Position numbers and translations under genes: made by a program. From an uncultured Clostridia bacterium (GTDB lineage Bacteria; Bacillota; Clostridia; Oscillospirales; Ruminococcaceae): a stretch of 60,766 bases of DNA. Numbering within the stretch: the first letter of the stretch is position 1; the number at the start of each line of letters is the position of its first letter. The notes below the pieces were generated by a model, which worked only from the letters and a program-made list of their open reading frames with translations, searched no databases and was not told where the DNA came from. Below, in pieces: positions 49,686-59,221 of the stretch. Where the stretch lies: assembly GCA_947649285.1 (NCBI GenBank), contig CANSRB010000001.1, positions 1 through 60,766 of the forward strand, read 5' to 3'.

Positions 49686-50057
49686 TCAGGAATTTTTCTT
49701 CAGATAATCTTCAATAATCCCCAGCGCCTGGCTGATATTTTCATCAATCGCGTGGGAGTAGTGATAGGTACTGTTTTCTTTCTGGATCCGTTCGAGCACA
49801 TAACGGACTTCCTGGAACGACTTCATGGTTTCGATATATTGGTCGAACATCCGGAGCTTATCCTCCAGCTCGAACAAAAATACCTCGCCGCGTTTGATCG
49901 AGTCCCGTACACCCTGTCGGGTGATATTTTCATGCTCGGCGATTTCTGCGAGGGAAAGATCCTGATTATAATAAAGGTCGATCGCATCCCGCTGCTTTTC
50001 GGTCAGCATCTCGCCATAAAAATCCAACAGGACCGCAACATCCAGGTTCTTGCTCAT
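49686..50057 (-). CDS. ylxM: YlxM DNA-binding protein
   Basis: LLDFYGEMLTEKQ...DLSLAEIA; upstream of ffh. Confidence 0.93.
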   Translation of the reverse strand: MSKNLDVAVLLDFYGEMLTEKQRDAIDLYYNQDLSLAEIAEHENITRQGVRDSIKRGEVFLFELEDKLRMFDQYIETMKSFQEVRYVLERIQKENSTYHYSHAIDENISQALGIIEDYLKKNS

Positions 50058-50405
50058 TCCGCCGCCTCCTCGCCTATTGTGTAAAGCCAAAAACTTTACA
50101 TTTGTTATTATACTGGATTCCCTCTGGTTTGTCAAGAGCCAAATTCCGACCCCGTCCGCAAAAATTCCGCCTGTTTCCCCCTGCCGAACTGGACAGTTTG
50201 CCGAACCGGCCCCAACGGTTTTCTTTTTCCGGCGCGGGGCAGACATTACGCCCGGTTGACAACCCGCCTGAAATCCTCTATCCTATAATACTGTATTCCC
50301 CCCGGCGGCGCTAAAATATTCCTGCCTGTCTTTATGGAAAGAAACCGATGGAGCAGAAGCCCCCCTCCGGCAGGGAAACCCGATACAGAAAGGAACTGGA
50401 TCTGA

Positions 50406-51107
50406 ATGCGAATGCGTACTAAAAAGTGGGCAAAGCCGGAGCTGGCTGTCTGCCCGTTTTATATCCCGGCCCCCTCCCCCTGCCGGGGCCGGTGGGCAGA
50501 AGAATTTGCGGCTCCCCAGCCGCTCTGGCTGGAGCTGGGCTGCGGCAAAGGCAGCTTCCTGGCCCAGGCGGCCCTGGCCCATCCGGACAAGAATTTCCTG
50601 GGGGTGGACCTGAGCACGGATGTGCTGGGCGTTGGCCGGCGGAAAATCCAATCCGCTTATTTTGAAGCCGGCCGCGAGATCGGCAACCTGCGGATGACTA
50701 TTTTCGATATCACCCGGATCGACCTCTTCCTCTCCCCGGAGGATCAGGCGGAGCGGATCTTCATCAATTTCTGCAATCCCTGGCCCAAGCCCAAACAGTA
50801 TAAAAAACGGCTGACCCACTCCCGCCAGCTTGCCAAATACCGGGCTTTCCTGCTCGACGGCGGGGAAATCTGGTTCAAAACTGACGATGACGAGCTGTTC
50901 GCACATTCGGTGCGTTATTTTGAAGAGAGCGGCTTCGGCATCCGATACCGCACGGAAGATCTGCATAAAAGCGGGTTCGAGCCCAATTTCCGGACCGAAC
51001 ACGAGGAGATGTATTCGGCGGAGGGAATCAAAATCAAATTCCTAATCGCAGAAAAGCTGCCGGACGGCCAAAAGGAATTTCCTTCTTGCCTCACGCCTGT
51101 CTCATAA
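50406..51107 (+). CDS. trmB: tRNA (m7G46) methyltransferase
   Basis: LELGCGKG, NFCNPWPK, FKTD, TEHE. Confidence 0.95.
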   Translation: MRMRTKKWAKPELAVCPFYIPAPSPCRGRWAEEFAAPQPLWLELGCGKGSFLAQAALAHPDKNFLGVDLSTDVLGVGRRKIQSAYFEAGREIGNLRMTIFDITRIDLFLSPEDQAERIFINFCNPWPKPKQYKKRLTHSRQLAKYRAFLLDGGEIWFKTDDDELFAHSVRYFEESGFGIRYRTEDLHKSGFEPNFRTEHEEMYSAEGIKIKFLIAEKLPDGQKEFPSCLTPVS

Positions 51108-51121
51108 AAAGAATCAAACTT

Positions 51122-51304
51122 TATAATCGGCACACCCTCAAATCGATACCCGATTTGAGGGTCAGGCTTTGCCTGTTCGCGCATAAAATGCGCTGTGCGC
51201 CGTCTATGAAGCCCTACCGCATGGCCGCTTCGTGGCCCACTGCGGCATATTATGCCGCAGTATTGAAAAGAAGCTAATGCTTCTTTTCAAGTGCGTTGAC
51301 TATA
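51122..51304 (-). repeat. Structured TA-ended repeat element, copy E3 (183 bp, reverse orientation)
   Basis: Reverse complement reads TATAGTCAACGCAC-hairpins-GGCCACGAAGCGGCC-GGCTTCATAG-hairpins-TATA. Confidence 0.75.
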
Positions 51305-51537
51305 AAGAGGAGCAGCCCCCGAGCTGTCGAGACATTCCTCCGACGTTCAGTCGGGGCGGCCCGACAGACAGCAGAGAGACATCCCCACATGGCAGACCGT
51401 GCGAAAACCCTTGAACCTTTCATGATACTGCTTTTTTATGAAACGCGCATGTTCTTTTCTCCCCCGCACTTGACAATCCCTTGCCAGGTGGCCTATACTA
51501 AATGTAATAGAACCTTACTAGAAGGAGGACCCGCCGT

Positions 51538-52719
51538 ATGGATGCCGGAAATCAAACTCTGCTGAAAAAAAATAATCAGCGTGCCATTATTGATTATATC
51601 ATTAAAAACGGCCCTATTTCCCGCGCAGACCTTTCCAAGGTGCTCAAAATCAGCAAGCCGACGGTTTCTGCCAATGTTACTGAGCTGATTCAGATGGACC
51701 TGCTCACCGAAATCGGGTTCAGCGAAACCTGCGTTGGAAAAAAACCGATGCTGGTGGATTTTAATAAGGATTTTAAGTACGTCTTGGCGCTGGACTTCAT
51801 CAGCTATATCACTCGGAACAAGATTTCCGTGGCTGTCTGCAACCTCTACTGCGAGCCTATTTTCACCGATAACATTGAACTTCCCTGCGATTACAGCGCA
51901 GCTGTTATTTTTAATTATGTGCCCGAGGCGCTGAACCGCATTTTCCGCAAGAACGAAATTGATGTGCATAAAATCGGCCGGCTGGTTTTAACAGCGCCTA
52001 CCTCCCGTTATGATGAGGATCATATCGACTTCCGCTGTATGTACAGCGGCGAAATTATCAATCTGGCCGATGTTTTCCGGCCTTATTTCAAAGATAAAAT
52101 CGTCGTCATGAACGATATCAACCTCGCGGCGCTTGGGGAAAAACACTTCGGCGTGGGCAAAGAAGCCGACAGCCTGGTCTTCTTCTGGGCTGGCTTCGAT
52201 GTCAGCGCCGGGATCATCCTGGATGGCGAGCTTTACGAAGGGCGGAACCACGCGGCCGGTGAGATGGAATTCTCCTGGGTTTACAATGAGCTGACCGGGG
52301 CGTACTGCTATATTGGGGAGATCGCCTCCGGCAAAGGGATCCGCAGCTTTTTGAACCAATATGCCGAAGAAGCCCGGCACTCGATTTTAGCGGAACGGTT
52401 TGCCTCCGGGGATTATTTTTTGGACACCCTGATCGACGCCGCCCTAAAGGGGGACGAGTTCTGCCAGGATTTCGGGCGGTACATGGGCCGGACCTTCGGC
52501 CAGCTGATCGCCAACCTGACCTATACGCTGGATGTGGAAGCGGCCATTATCGGCGGCGAATATTCCCGTTTCGGCGATGTCTTTTTTGAAGAGATCTACC
52601 GCTGCTTCAACGGGCCGCATCCGGTACGCTCCTGGGTAAAAGCCCCGCTTTATACCAACTCCGCCATCTATGGCGCGTTTAAATTCGGCGCGGACAGTAT
52701 CATTGCCGGATTGATCTGA
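51538..52719 (+). CDS. ROK-family transcriptional regulator
   Basis: ISRADLSK HTH, GKKP, NDINLAALGE, AGE; lacks the Cys Zn motif. Confidence 0.9.
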   Translation: MDAGNQTLLKKNNQRAIIDYIIKNGPISRADLSKVLKISKPTVSANVTELIQMDLLTEIGFSETCVGKKPMLVDFNKDFKYVLALDFISYITRNKISVAVCNLYCEPIFTDNIELPCDYSAAVIFNYVPEALNRIFRKNEIDVHKIGRLVLTAPTSRYDEDHIDFRCMYSGEIINLADVFRPYFKDKIVVMNDINLAALGEKHFGVGKEADSLVFFWAGFDVSAGIILDGELYEGRNHAAGEMEFSWVYNELTGAYCYIGEIASGKGIRSFLNQYAEEARHSILAERFASGDYFLDTLIDAALKGDEFCQDFGRYMGRTFGQLIANLTYTLDVEAAIIGGEYSRFGDVFFEEIYRCFNGPHPVRSWVKAPLYTNSAIYGAFKFGADSIIAGLI

Positions 52720-52786
52720 AGCAACCCGCCGGACGGAAATTCCCATCCGGCGAGTTGAAATAAACTACAGCAAAGGGGAGCCGCAT

Positions 52787-53242
52787 ATGGATAGAAGCGA
52801 AAGGGCCGTATTTACCAATATGTGCATGATCTTGGACGGGGAGGGCAACGTATTGATCCTGGACCGGGTGGATCCAAGCTGGCCCGGCATTACTTTTCCG
52901 GGCGGCCATGCCGAAAAGGGCGAATCCTTTACGGACGCTATCATCCGGGAGGTTTTTGAGGAAACCGGGCTGACGGTATCGGACCTTCAGATGTGCGGCG
53001 TCAAAGACTGGGTCGAGGAGGATGGAACCCGAACGGTCGTGTTTCTCTACAAGACGGATCAGTTTGAGGGGAAATTGGTTTCCTCGGATGAAGGGGAGGT
53101 CCGATGGGTCCCGCTGGCCGCGCTGCCCGGGATGAAGCTGGCAAGCAGTATGCCAAATATGCTCAAGCTGTTTTGCAGCGATACGCTGACGGAGCACTTT
53201 TTCTATCTGGAAAACGGGGAATGGATCGAAACGCTGAAATAA
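52787..53242 (+). CDS. NUDIX hydrolase (8-oxo-dGTPase-like)
   Basis: PGGH...IREVFEETGL, SSDEG. Confidence 0.88.
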   Translation: MDRSERAVFTNMCMILDGEGNVLILDRVDPSWPGITFPGGHAEKGESFTDAIIREVFEETGLTVSDLQMCGVKDWVEEDGTRTVVFLYKTDQFEGKLVSSDEGEVRWVPLAALPGMKLASSMPNMLKLFCSDTLTEHFFYLENGEWIETLK

Positions 53243-53328
53243 CCCCGCAAAAAACAAACAAACCGCCGGACAGGGATCACCTGCCCGGCGGTTTGTTCAG
53301 AGGTTATTGGGAATAGGGGAGATCTCTT

Positions 53329-53718
53329 CTATTCCCATTTCGTCCAAGGGTCGGGATTGATATCTTCAATCCACTCGCCCCTTCCATCTGATACATAGAC
53401 CTTTTTCTCCAAAAGAGAAATCGCGAATGAATTTAAGTATTCATCTTCCGAAAAGTATACCTTGAACACGCTGTATTCCTCTTGATGCAGTTCAATAACC
53501 GCATCAAAAACAAATCGGTAAACACCCTCGCGATATCCCCAGCAATCCGTTAGATAACGGATCAAGGTTTCTCGAGCGGAATCCATATCGGGCTGTGTAT
53601 CATTCGCTATGGAGGGATTTTCCGCCAGCATGGGCCTTTCATTTTCCGTTTGATCCACCTGGCAGCCTACCAGCAGCAGACTGAACCCTATTATTGCCGC
53701 AGCGAGTCGCTTTTTCAA
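53329..53718 (-). CDS. Putative lipoprotein
   Basis: TTG start after GGAGG; MKKRLAAAIIGFSLLLVGC lipobox. Confidence 0.7.
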   Translation of the reverse strand: MKKRLAAAIIGFSLLLVGCQVDQTENERPMLAENPSIANDTQPDMDSARETLIRYLTDCWGYREGVYRFVFDAVIELHQEEYSVFKVYFSEDEYLNSFAISLLEKKVYVSDGRGEWIEDINPDPWTKWE

Positions 53719-53795
53719 GCCTCCATACCTCCTCAAACAAAAAACCAGCCAACCCGTTTCCTGCTGAATCTCTATAGCATATCTGAAGCCCCCGC

Positions 53796-53963
53796 CTACT
53801 CTTCCTCCTCATCTCCACCGATAAACATCTCTTCAGTGGTTTGCTGGGCCAGCTTAAGCTTCCGGGTAATATCCGAAAGTGCGTTCGTGGTGGCCTCCAG
53901 CGCATCTATCGCTGTTGCCATCCGGCCCGCCAAATGATAGTACATCGCTTTGTAATCCGGCAT
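53796..53963 (-). CDS. 55-aa conserved hypothetical protein (MPDYKAMYYHLAGR...LAQQTTEEMFI), missed by the ORF track
   Basis: Translated by hand; AAGGGG RBS; resembles a small helical family I recall from Oscillospiraceae. Confidence 0.7.
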   Translation of the reverse strand: MPDYKAMYYHLAGRMATAIDALEATTNALSDITRKLKLAQQTTEEMFIGGDEEEE

Positions 53964-54060
53964 TCTGCCATCCCCTTTACCTTGCTTTTGGAATTTCCTG
54001 ATGATAAAAAAACGCTTCGGAAAATCCGAAGCGTTTTTTTATGTTCGGCTTTGAAACCGT

Positions 54061-54153
54061 TGGCGGAGAAGGAGGGATTCGAACCCTCGATGAGCTATTA
54101 ACCCATACACGAGTTCCAGTCGTGCGCCATAAACCGGGCTAGGCGACTTCTCC
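54061..54153 (-). tRNA. tRNA-Ser (GGA)
   Basis: 93 nt with long variable arm; anticodon loop CTGGAAC; CCA; TTGACA-17-TATAAT promoter at 54183-54211. Confidence 0.95.
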
Positions 54154-54214
54154 AAAGCATCTTTTCTATCAGATGCTTGTTTATTATACCCGATCCGGGC
54201 AGGGTTGTCAAGCC

Positions 54215-55282
54215 CTAAATAAAATAAAAATTGGTTTCCCAAGCCGGGACATAAGGATGATGCCGCAAATAGACCCGGTATGCCGGATTCAGTTTCAGAA
54301 TCTGCAAAGGCAGCGCAAACAAGTCCTCGTTTTTATGATAAGCGCTCAGCATGATTTTGGGCTTCTGCTCCCGGATGGTACGGGAGGCACCCCGGACCGC
54401 TTCCGATTCCGCCCCTTCCACATCCAGCTTGAGCAGGCTGACCCGGCCCGTACAGACCCGGTCCACCGTATCCACCTCAACCGCCCGGCTGCCCTCCTTG
54501 GAAAGCATGGAGTTCCGGCCGCCCTTCCCGCCCTTGAAATATAGGGTGCCCGGTTCGCTCCAAGCGCCGAACGGATACGCCTCTGCCCGCTCTACCCCGG
54601 ATTCCTTCAGATAGGCAGTCAGCTTCCGGAAGTTCCGGCTGTCCGGTTCAAAGGCGATAATCCGTTCATAAGAGGGGCAGTACCGCAAAAACTCCCGCAC
54701 CGTATCCCCGTTATACGCGCCTAAATCCACATAGGCTTCTTCGGGGGAAAGCTCCAGCAGCCGGTAAGCCTCGGCAGTTTCGGTTTCACAGTCCCGCAGA
54801 TAGCGGATTTTACCGCTGACCTTATAATCCAGCACATCCCGGAATACCCGACGGGACTGTTCGTCCGCCAGCCGGCGGTAGACCTCGTCCAGCTCGGGCT
54901 CATGCCGCCGCAGGTAATCCAGGTCAAAAACCTGCTCATCCACCGGGATGACTGGAACATCCGGCGCGTAAAACTCGCATTCTTCGTCCATCTGATTCAG
55001 GCGGGAAAGCATCGGTTCATAGTCGATGGCAAAGGCCAGCAGCGCAATCAGATCCGGATGCTCCGCGCGGACCTCGCCGTATTTCCGCACCAAATGCCCC
55101 TTGAAGGAATGCCCCCGGACAAATTCGTCACTGGCGAAAAATCCCGCAATGGAAATGCCCCGCCGTTCCAGTACGGAAAGAATTTTCTCCGCCCCATCCC
55201 CCATGCCGTACAGAAAAATCGGACGGCCGGCCCGGCTTAAATGAGTCCAGAGATCCTGCTTTTCATGTAAAAGCTCCTGCAT
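54215..55282 (-). CDS. FkbM-family methyltransferase
   Basis: YVDLGAYNGD, FEPD, KLDVEGAE, SAYH. Confidence 0.9.
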   Translation of the reverse strand: MQELLHEKQDLWTHLSRAGRPIFLYGMGDGAEKILSVLERRGISIAGFFASDEFVRGHSFKGHLVRKYGEVRAEHPDLIALLAFAIDYEPMLSRLNQMDEECEFYAPDVPVIPVDEQVFDLDYLRRHEPELDEVYRRLADEQSRRVFRDVLDYKVSGKIRYLRDCETETAEAYRLLELSPEEAYVDLGAYNGDTVREFLRYCPSYERIIAFEPDSRNFRKLTAYLKESGVERAEAYPFGAWSEPGTLYFKGGKGGRNSMLSKEGSRAVEVDTVDRVCTGRVSLLKLDVEGAESEAVRGASRTIREQKPKIMLSAYHKNEDLFALPLQILKLNPAYRVYLRHHPYVPAWETNFYFI

Positions 55283-55286
55283 GGGC

Positions 55287-56321
55287 CTAAACCGCGTACA
55301 GGCAGATCAGACGGAAGGTGTTCTCCGCCCCATCCCGATGGGAGCGCTCATAGCCATGGGACGCATAAACCCCCGGGCCGATCAGGGCATGGCGCAGGTC
55401 ATTCCCGGCGCTGACGGCCGCGTCTGCGTCCGAGCCATAATACGGATAAACGTCCACCGCGTAATTCAGCCCGTTTTCTTTCGCCAGCCGGATCAGCCGG
55501 GTGGTCATATCATAATGATACGGCCCGGCGCTGTCCCGCGCGCAGATGGACACCATCTGCTCATCACAAAGCAGGCCCTCGCCTACACAGCCCATATCCA
55601 CAGCCAGCATCTCCGTCACATCCGCCGGGACAGAGCCGGAGCCGCCATGCCCGCACTCTTCATAAACCGTAAAATGCAGGTAAACCCGGCGGGAAAGGGA
55701 AACCCCCTCTTCCTTGAGATACCGCGCATAGCCCAGTAGGATTGCCGCACTCAGCTTATCGTCCAAAAACCGGCTTTTGATATAACCGGAAGCCGTTACC
55801 CGGGTGCGCGGGTCGAAGCAGACGATATCTCCCGGCTGGATACCCAGCGCCAAGGTGCTCTCCTTGGAGGCGGTGGCTTCATCGATCACTACCTCCATGG
55901 TCGTGCTGTCCCGCTTTTCGGTACGGTAGTCTTTATTGACATGGATCGACGCGTTGTTCAGCTGATAGGTCCCCTCATAACGCTTGCCCTCCCGGGTGAT
56001 AATCGTCACGTTTTCCGCCTCGGTATTGGGATTGGCAAACCCGCCGGAAGCCAGCCGGAGCCGCCCGTTTGACTTGACCTCGGCGACCATCCCGCCCAGC
56101 GTGTCCACGTGTGCCGAAAGCAGCAGCCCTTCCGAGCCTTCCGGCCCGCCTAAACAGCAGAGCACGCCGCCCTTGCGGGTCTGTTCCGGCGCATAGCCCA
56201 GCTTTTTCAATGCGTGGAACACGTAATCCGCGGCGTCTTTAGTATAACCTGTCGGGGAATGGATCGCCGTCAGCTCGGAGAGAGTGCCCAGGATCCCATC
56301 CACATAAGAAGAAATTTCCAT
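55287..56321 (-). CDS. M42 family metallopeptidase
   Basis: SPTG, AHVDTLG, LDDK, EE, GSDA, SHGYER. Confidence 0.92.
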   Translation of the reverse strand: MEISSYVDGILGTLSELTAIHSPTGYTKDAADYVFHALKKLGYAPEQTRKGGVLCCLGGPEGSEGLLLSAHVDTLGGMVAEVKSNGRLRLASGGFANPNTEAENVTIITREGKRYEGTYQLNNASIHVNKDYRTEKRDSTTMEVVIDEATASKESTLALGIQPGDIVCFDPRTRVTASGYIKSRFLDDKLSAAILLGYARYLKEEGVSLSRRVYLHFTVYEECGHGGSGSVPADVTEMLAVDMGCVGEGLLCDEQMVSICARDSAGPYHYDMTTRLIRLAKENGLNYAVDVYPYYGSDADAAVSAGNDLRHALIGPGVYASHGYERSHRDGAENTFRLICLYAV

Positions 56322-56381
56322 GATATCGCATCCTTTCTGTTTACAGCCATTATAACCTATTCTGCGGCAGATTTCCAGTAA

Positions 56382-56428
56382 TACTATTCTTGATAAAAAG
56401 ATTAAAATCGTTTTATTGAGAATTCGTA
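56382..56428. repeat. Internally deleted (47-bp) copy of the 40368 element
   Basis: TACTATTCTTGATAAAAAGAT...GTTTTATTGAGAATTCGTA. Confidence 0.7.
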
Positions 56429-56554
56429 TAATGCCGCTGCTTTCATGGAAAATTCCGCGTATCCACACCCTGCCTTCTGTATTTTCCGTTTCAGGAAACC
56501 CGGTTAAAAAATTCCCCTCTGCACAGGTTTCCTGCACAGAGGGGAGGCTGGTTC

Positions 56555-56842
56555 TTAATTCAGCGCCTTTTTCAGCCAGATCGACGCGATATCCAGCGCC
56601 GGATACAATCCTACCTTTTCGCTTTTTTTCACGATAATATCCTGCGGCTTGATCTCCTTGCCGGTACGCATCAGCTGGACAATCACATTGTTGGCGACCT
56701 CCTCGCCGTCAAGCTTCGCCTGATCTACAATCTGAAGCATACAGACGTATTCGTCCGTCATGCTGCCATAATAGATGGTGTTCCCGCTGCGGACCAGCGG
56801 TTTGCCTTTATAGCACAAAAACTTCTTTTCCGCTTCATTCAT
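56555..56842 (-). CDS. Conserved hypothetical protein
   Basis: YKGKPLVRSGNTIYYG; GGAG RBS. Confidence 0.75.
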   Translation of the reverse strand: MNEAEKKFLCYKGKPLVRSGNTIYYGSMTDEYVCMLQIVDQAKLDGEEVANNVIVQLMRTGKEIKPQDIIVKKSEKVGLYPALDIASIWLKKALN

Positions 56843-57000
56843 TCTGCATCCTACTCCCCCAGGGCTGCGGGGATTCTCCTCTCTTCCAAATTCTGCAAAG
56901 GACGAAAGCCTGCCCTTCTGAGCTTCCGCCCGGTGTCTTTTTTCATCTCTATTATGCTTTCTATTATAAAGAATAAACCAATTTTTGTCAAATTTGAAAT

Positions 57001-57444
57001 CTAAACAATCTTTGAACTTTGGCTGGGCATTTCCTTCACCATCCAGACATGGGGGCAGTGCTCGTCCAGATACTCCTCACCCTCCTGCCGGTATCCCAGC
57101 TTTTCATAAAATCCCCGGGCCTGCTTCTGCGCCGAAAGTACAAACCTTTTCGCCCCGAGCGCCGCCGCCTTTTCCTCCAGCTGCTCCATGATTTTCCTTC
57201 CCAATCCGGCTCCCCGATATTCCGGCAGGACGCAGATCCGTCCAAAATGCCAGGAATCCTCCCCTTCCGGGAAGACCCGCGCCGTAGCAACCGGCCCCCC
57301 GGATTGACGGACTATCAGATGCCAGGCTGTTTCATCCGTCGAATCGAACTCGTCGTGAAAGCCCTGCTCCTCCATAAAAACTTTTTTTCGAACAAAGAAG
57401 CTGCCTTCAAAATCCGTTTTGCCCATACTCCAAGAAAATTCCAT
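57001..57444 (-). CDS. GNAT acetyltransferase (ElaA/YjcF-like)
   Basis: VRKKVFMEEQ, GRICVLPEYRGAGLG, AQ..A.GFYEKLGY. Confidence 0.9.
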   Translation of the reverse strand: MEFSWSMGKTDFEGSFFVRKKVFMEEQGFHDEFDSTDETAWHLIVRQSGGPVATARVFPEGEDSWHFGRICVLPEYRGAGLGRKIMEQLEEKAAALGAKRFVLSAQKQARGFYEKLGYRQEGEEYLDEHCPHVWMVKEMPSQSSKIV

Positions 57445-57648
57445 CTGATTTCCTCCTTTTCCAATTTCGTCTGGCTCCGCGCCGCTGTCAAAGCGGGCCG
57501 CGCAGGCATAGAATGCTCTGCGGGGCCGATTGCCCCGCGCGTTCTTCCCCCTTGTTTGGAAAGAACGCAGAATACAGAATAATACCGGCCGTTTTTCCCG
57601 ACTGTTTCAAAAACAGGACTGTATAAAACCAGCAGATTTGCCCCAAAC

Positions 57649-57840
57649 TATAGCCGAAACACTTCAAAAGAATCATTTTGATTCTTTTGAAGCCTGCGGC
57701 AAAGAACCGCCGCAGGAGGCCGCAGAAGCGGCCTCGGTTCGGACTTCATAGTTAACACTGGTGTGCAGAGCGCACAGCCGACGGGCTACGACCGCCGGCT
57801 GAAAAACGCAATTTGCGTTTTTTCAAGTGTGTTGACTATA
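57649..57840 (+). repeat. Structured TA-ended repeat element, copy E2 (192 bp)
   Basis: Terminal IRs 17/21 identical; GGCCGCAGAAGCGGCC hairpin and GACTTCATAG core. Confidence 0.75.
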
Positions 57841-57888
57841 CAAACAGCCGGCCCCACTATTCTGAAAAATAAAGGAGCGTGAATCAAC

Positions 57889-58245
57889 GTGTCAATACGC
57901 CGGGGAGAAATCTATTACGCGGATTTAAGCCCAGTCGTAGGAAGCGAGCAGGGCGGGATCCGTCCTGTGTTGATTGTACAAAACGACGTAGGCAACAAAT
58001 ACAGCCCCACCGTGATCGCCGCGGCGATCACCAGCCAGCATGAAAAAGCCAGGCTGCCCACCCATATCGAGCTTTCCACCCAGAGCAGCGGCCTGCAAAA
58101 AAATTCGATCGTTCTACTCGAACAGATCCGAACCATAGATAAAAAACGTTTAAAAGAAAAAATGGGCAAACTCGACAGCAGCTCCATGAACCGGATCGAC
58201 AATGCGCTGACCGTCAGCTTTGGGCTGGGACGCCGTCCGGAATAG
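57889..58245 (+). CDS. mazF: MazF/PemK (NdoA-like) endoribonuclease toxin
   Basis: [29 protein letters not shown]. Confidence 0.95.
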   Translation: MSIRRGEIYYADLSPVVGSEQGGIRPVLIVQNDVGNKYSPTVIAAAITSQHEKARLPTHIELSTQSSGLQKNSIVLLEQIRTIDKKRLKEKMGKLDSSSMNRIDNALTVSFGLGRRPE

Positions 58246-58485
58246 CCCCCGTTTTTAGAAGGAAGTCTCAAGCACAGGATGTCAAATGCTACATACCTGA
58301 TGCTTCTCCGGTTTCGGCTGATCTGTTTGATACCGTCGCTTACGCACTTGGCCTGTTGAATCAGGCCAAGTGCGTTTACTATAGCACAAAAATAGTTGAA
58401 AAGCAAATTCCATTGTATTATAATAAAAGAAAAATCCCCTGTTTTCGCCGCGTTCCCGGCAGAATACGGGAGAATGGAGTTTGAA

Positions 58486-59055
58486 ATGAAAATTTTAGTC
58501 GAAACTTCTGCACGGCATCTGCACGTTACCAAGGCAGATCTGGAAACCCTGTTCGGCGCAGGCGCCGCTTTGTCCCATAAAAAAGACCTGTCCCAGCCGG
58601 GGCAGTTCGCCACCAATGAAAAAGTCACCGTTGTAGGCCCCCGCGGCCAGCTGAGCATGAGCATCCTCGGGCCGGAGCGCCCCAGCACTCAGGTGGAGGT
58701 TTCCCTCTCCGACGCACGCGCCCTCGGCCTGAACCCGCCCATCCGCGAATCCGGGGATATCGCCGGAAGCGCACCCTGCAAGCTGGTCGGCCCCTGCGGC
58801 GAAGTCGAGCTGAGCGAAGGGGTGATTGTGGCGAAACGCCATATCCATACCACACCGAAGGACGCCAAGGAACTGGGCGTTTCAGACAAGGAAGTGGTCT
58901 GGGTGAAGATTGAAACCGGCGACCGCAGCATGATCTTGGGCGATGTGGTGGTCCGCGTCAGTGAAAAATTCGCTACCGCGATGCATCTCGACACGGACGA
59001 AGCCAACGCGGCGCACTGCTCCGGTGTGGTCTACGGTGAAATCGTCAAAATTTGA
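58486..59055 (+). CDS. pduL: Phosphate propanoyltransferase PduL
   Basis: SARHLH, LSQPGQF, KRHIH, MHLDTDEANA. Confidence 0.93.
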   Translation: MKILVETSARHLHVTKADLETLFGAGAALSHKKDLSQPGQFATNEKVTVVGPRGQLSMSILGPERPSTQVEVSLSDARALGLNPPIRESGDIAGSAPCKLVGPCGEVELSEGVIVAKRHIHTTPKDAKELGVSDKEVVWVKIETGDRSMILGDVVVRVSEKFATAMHLDTDEANAAHCSGVVYGEIVKI

Positions 59056-59221
59056 TTCTGAAATATAATGAATAAAGGGCGGTTTTGCCGCCCTTTATTC
59101 ATTTACGTGAATTTAAGCAAACCAAAATGAATGCATTTATTTCATCAAGAATTTATGTTATCGTTCCCCAACGACATACCTTCCATACGCCGAATAATCT
59201 GCAATACTTAGGACAATTAAG

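Noticed and set aside
51139-51158. CAAATCG...CGATTTG resembling the cassette-boundary site
   Set aside because: It is a longer hairpin belonging to element E3, with different spacing, and not at a gene boundary
53300-54153. Genomic islet integrated at tRNA-Ser
   Set aside because: No integrase and no duplicated tRNA 3' end seen
58486-59055. Bacterial microcompartment locus around pduL
   Set aside because: No shell or other pdu/eut genes; stand-alone PduL is common in Clostridia
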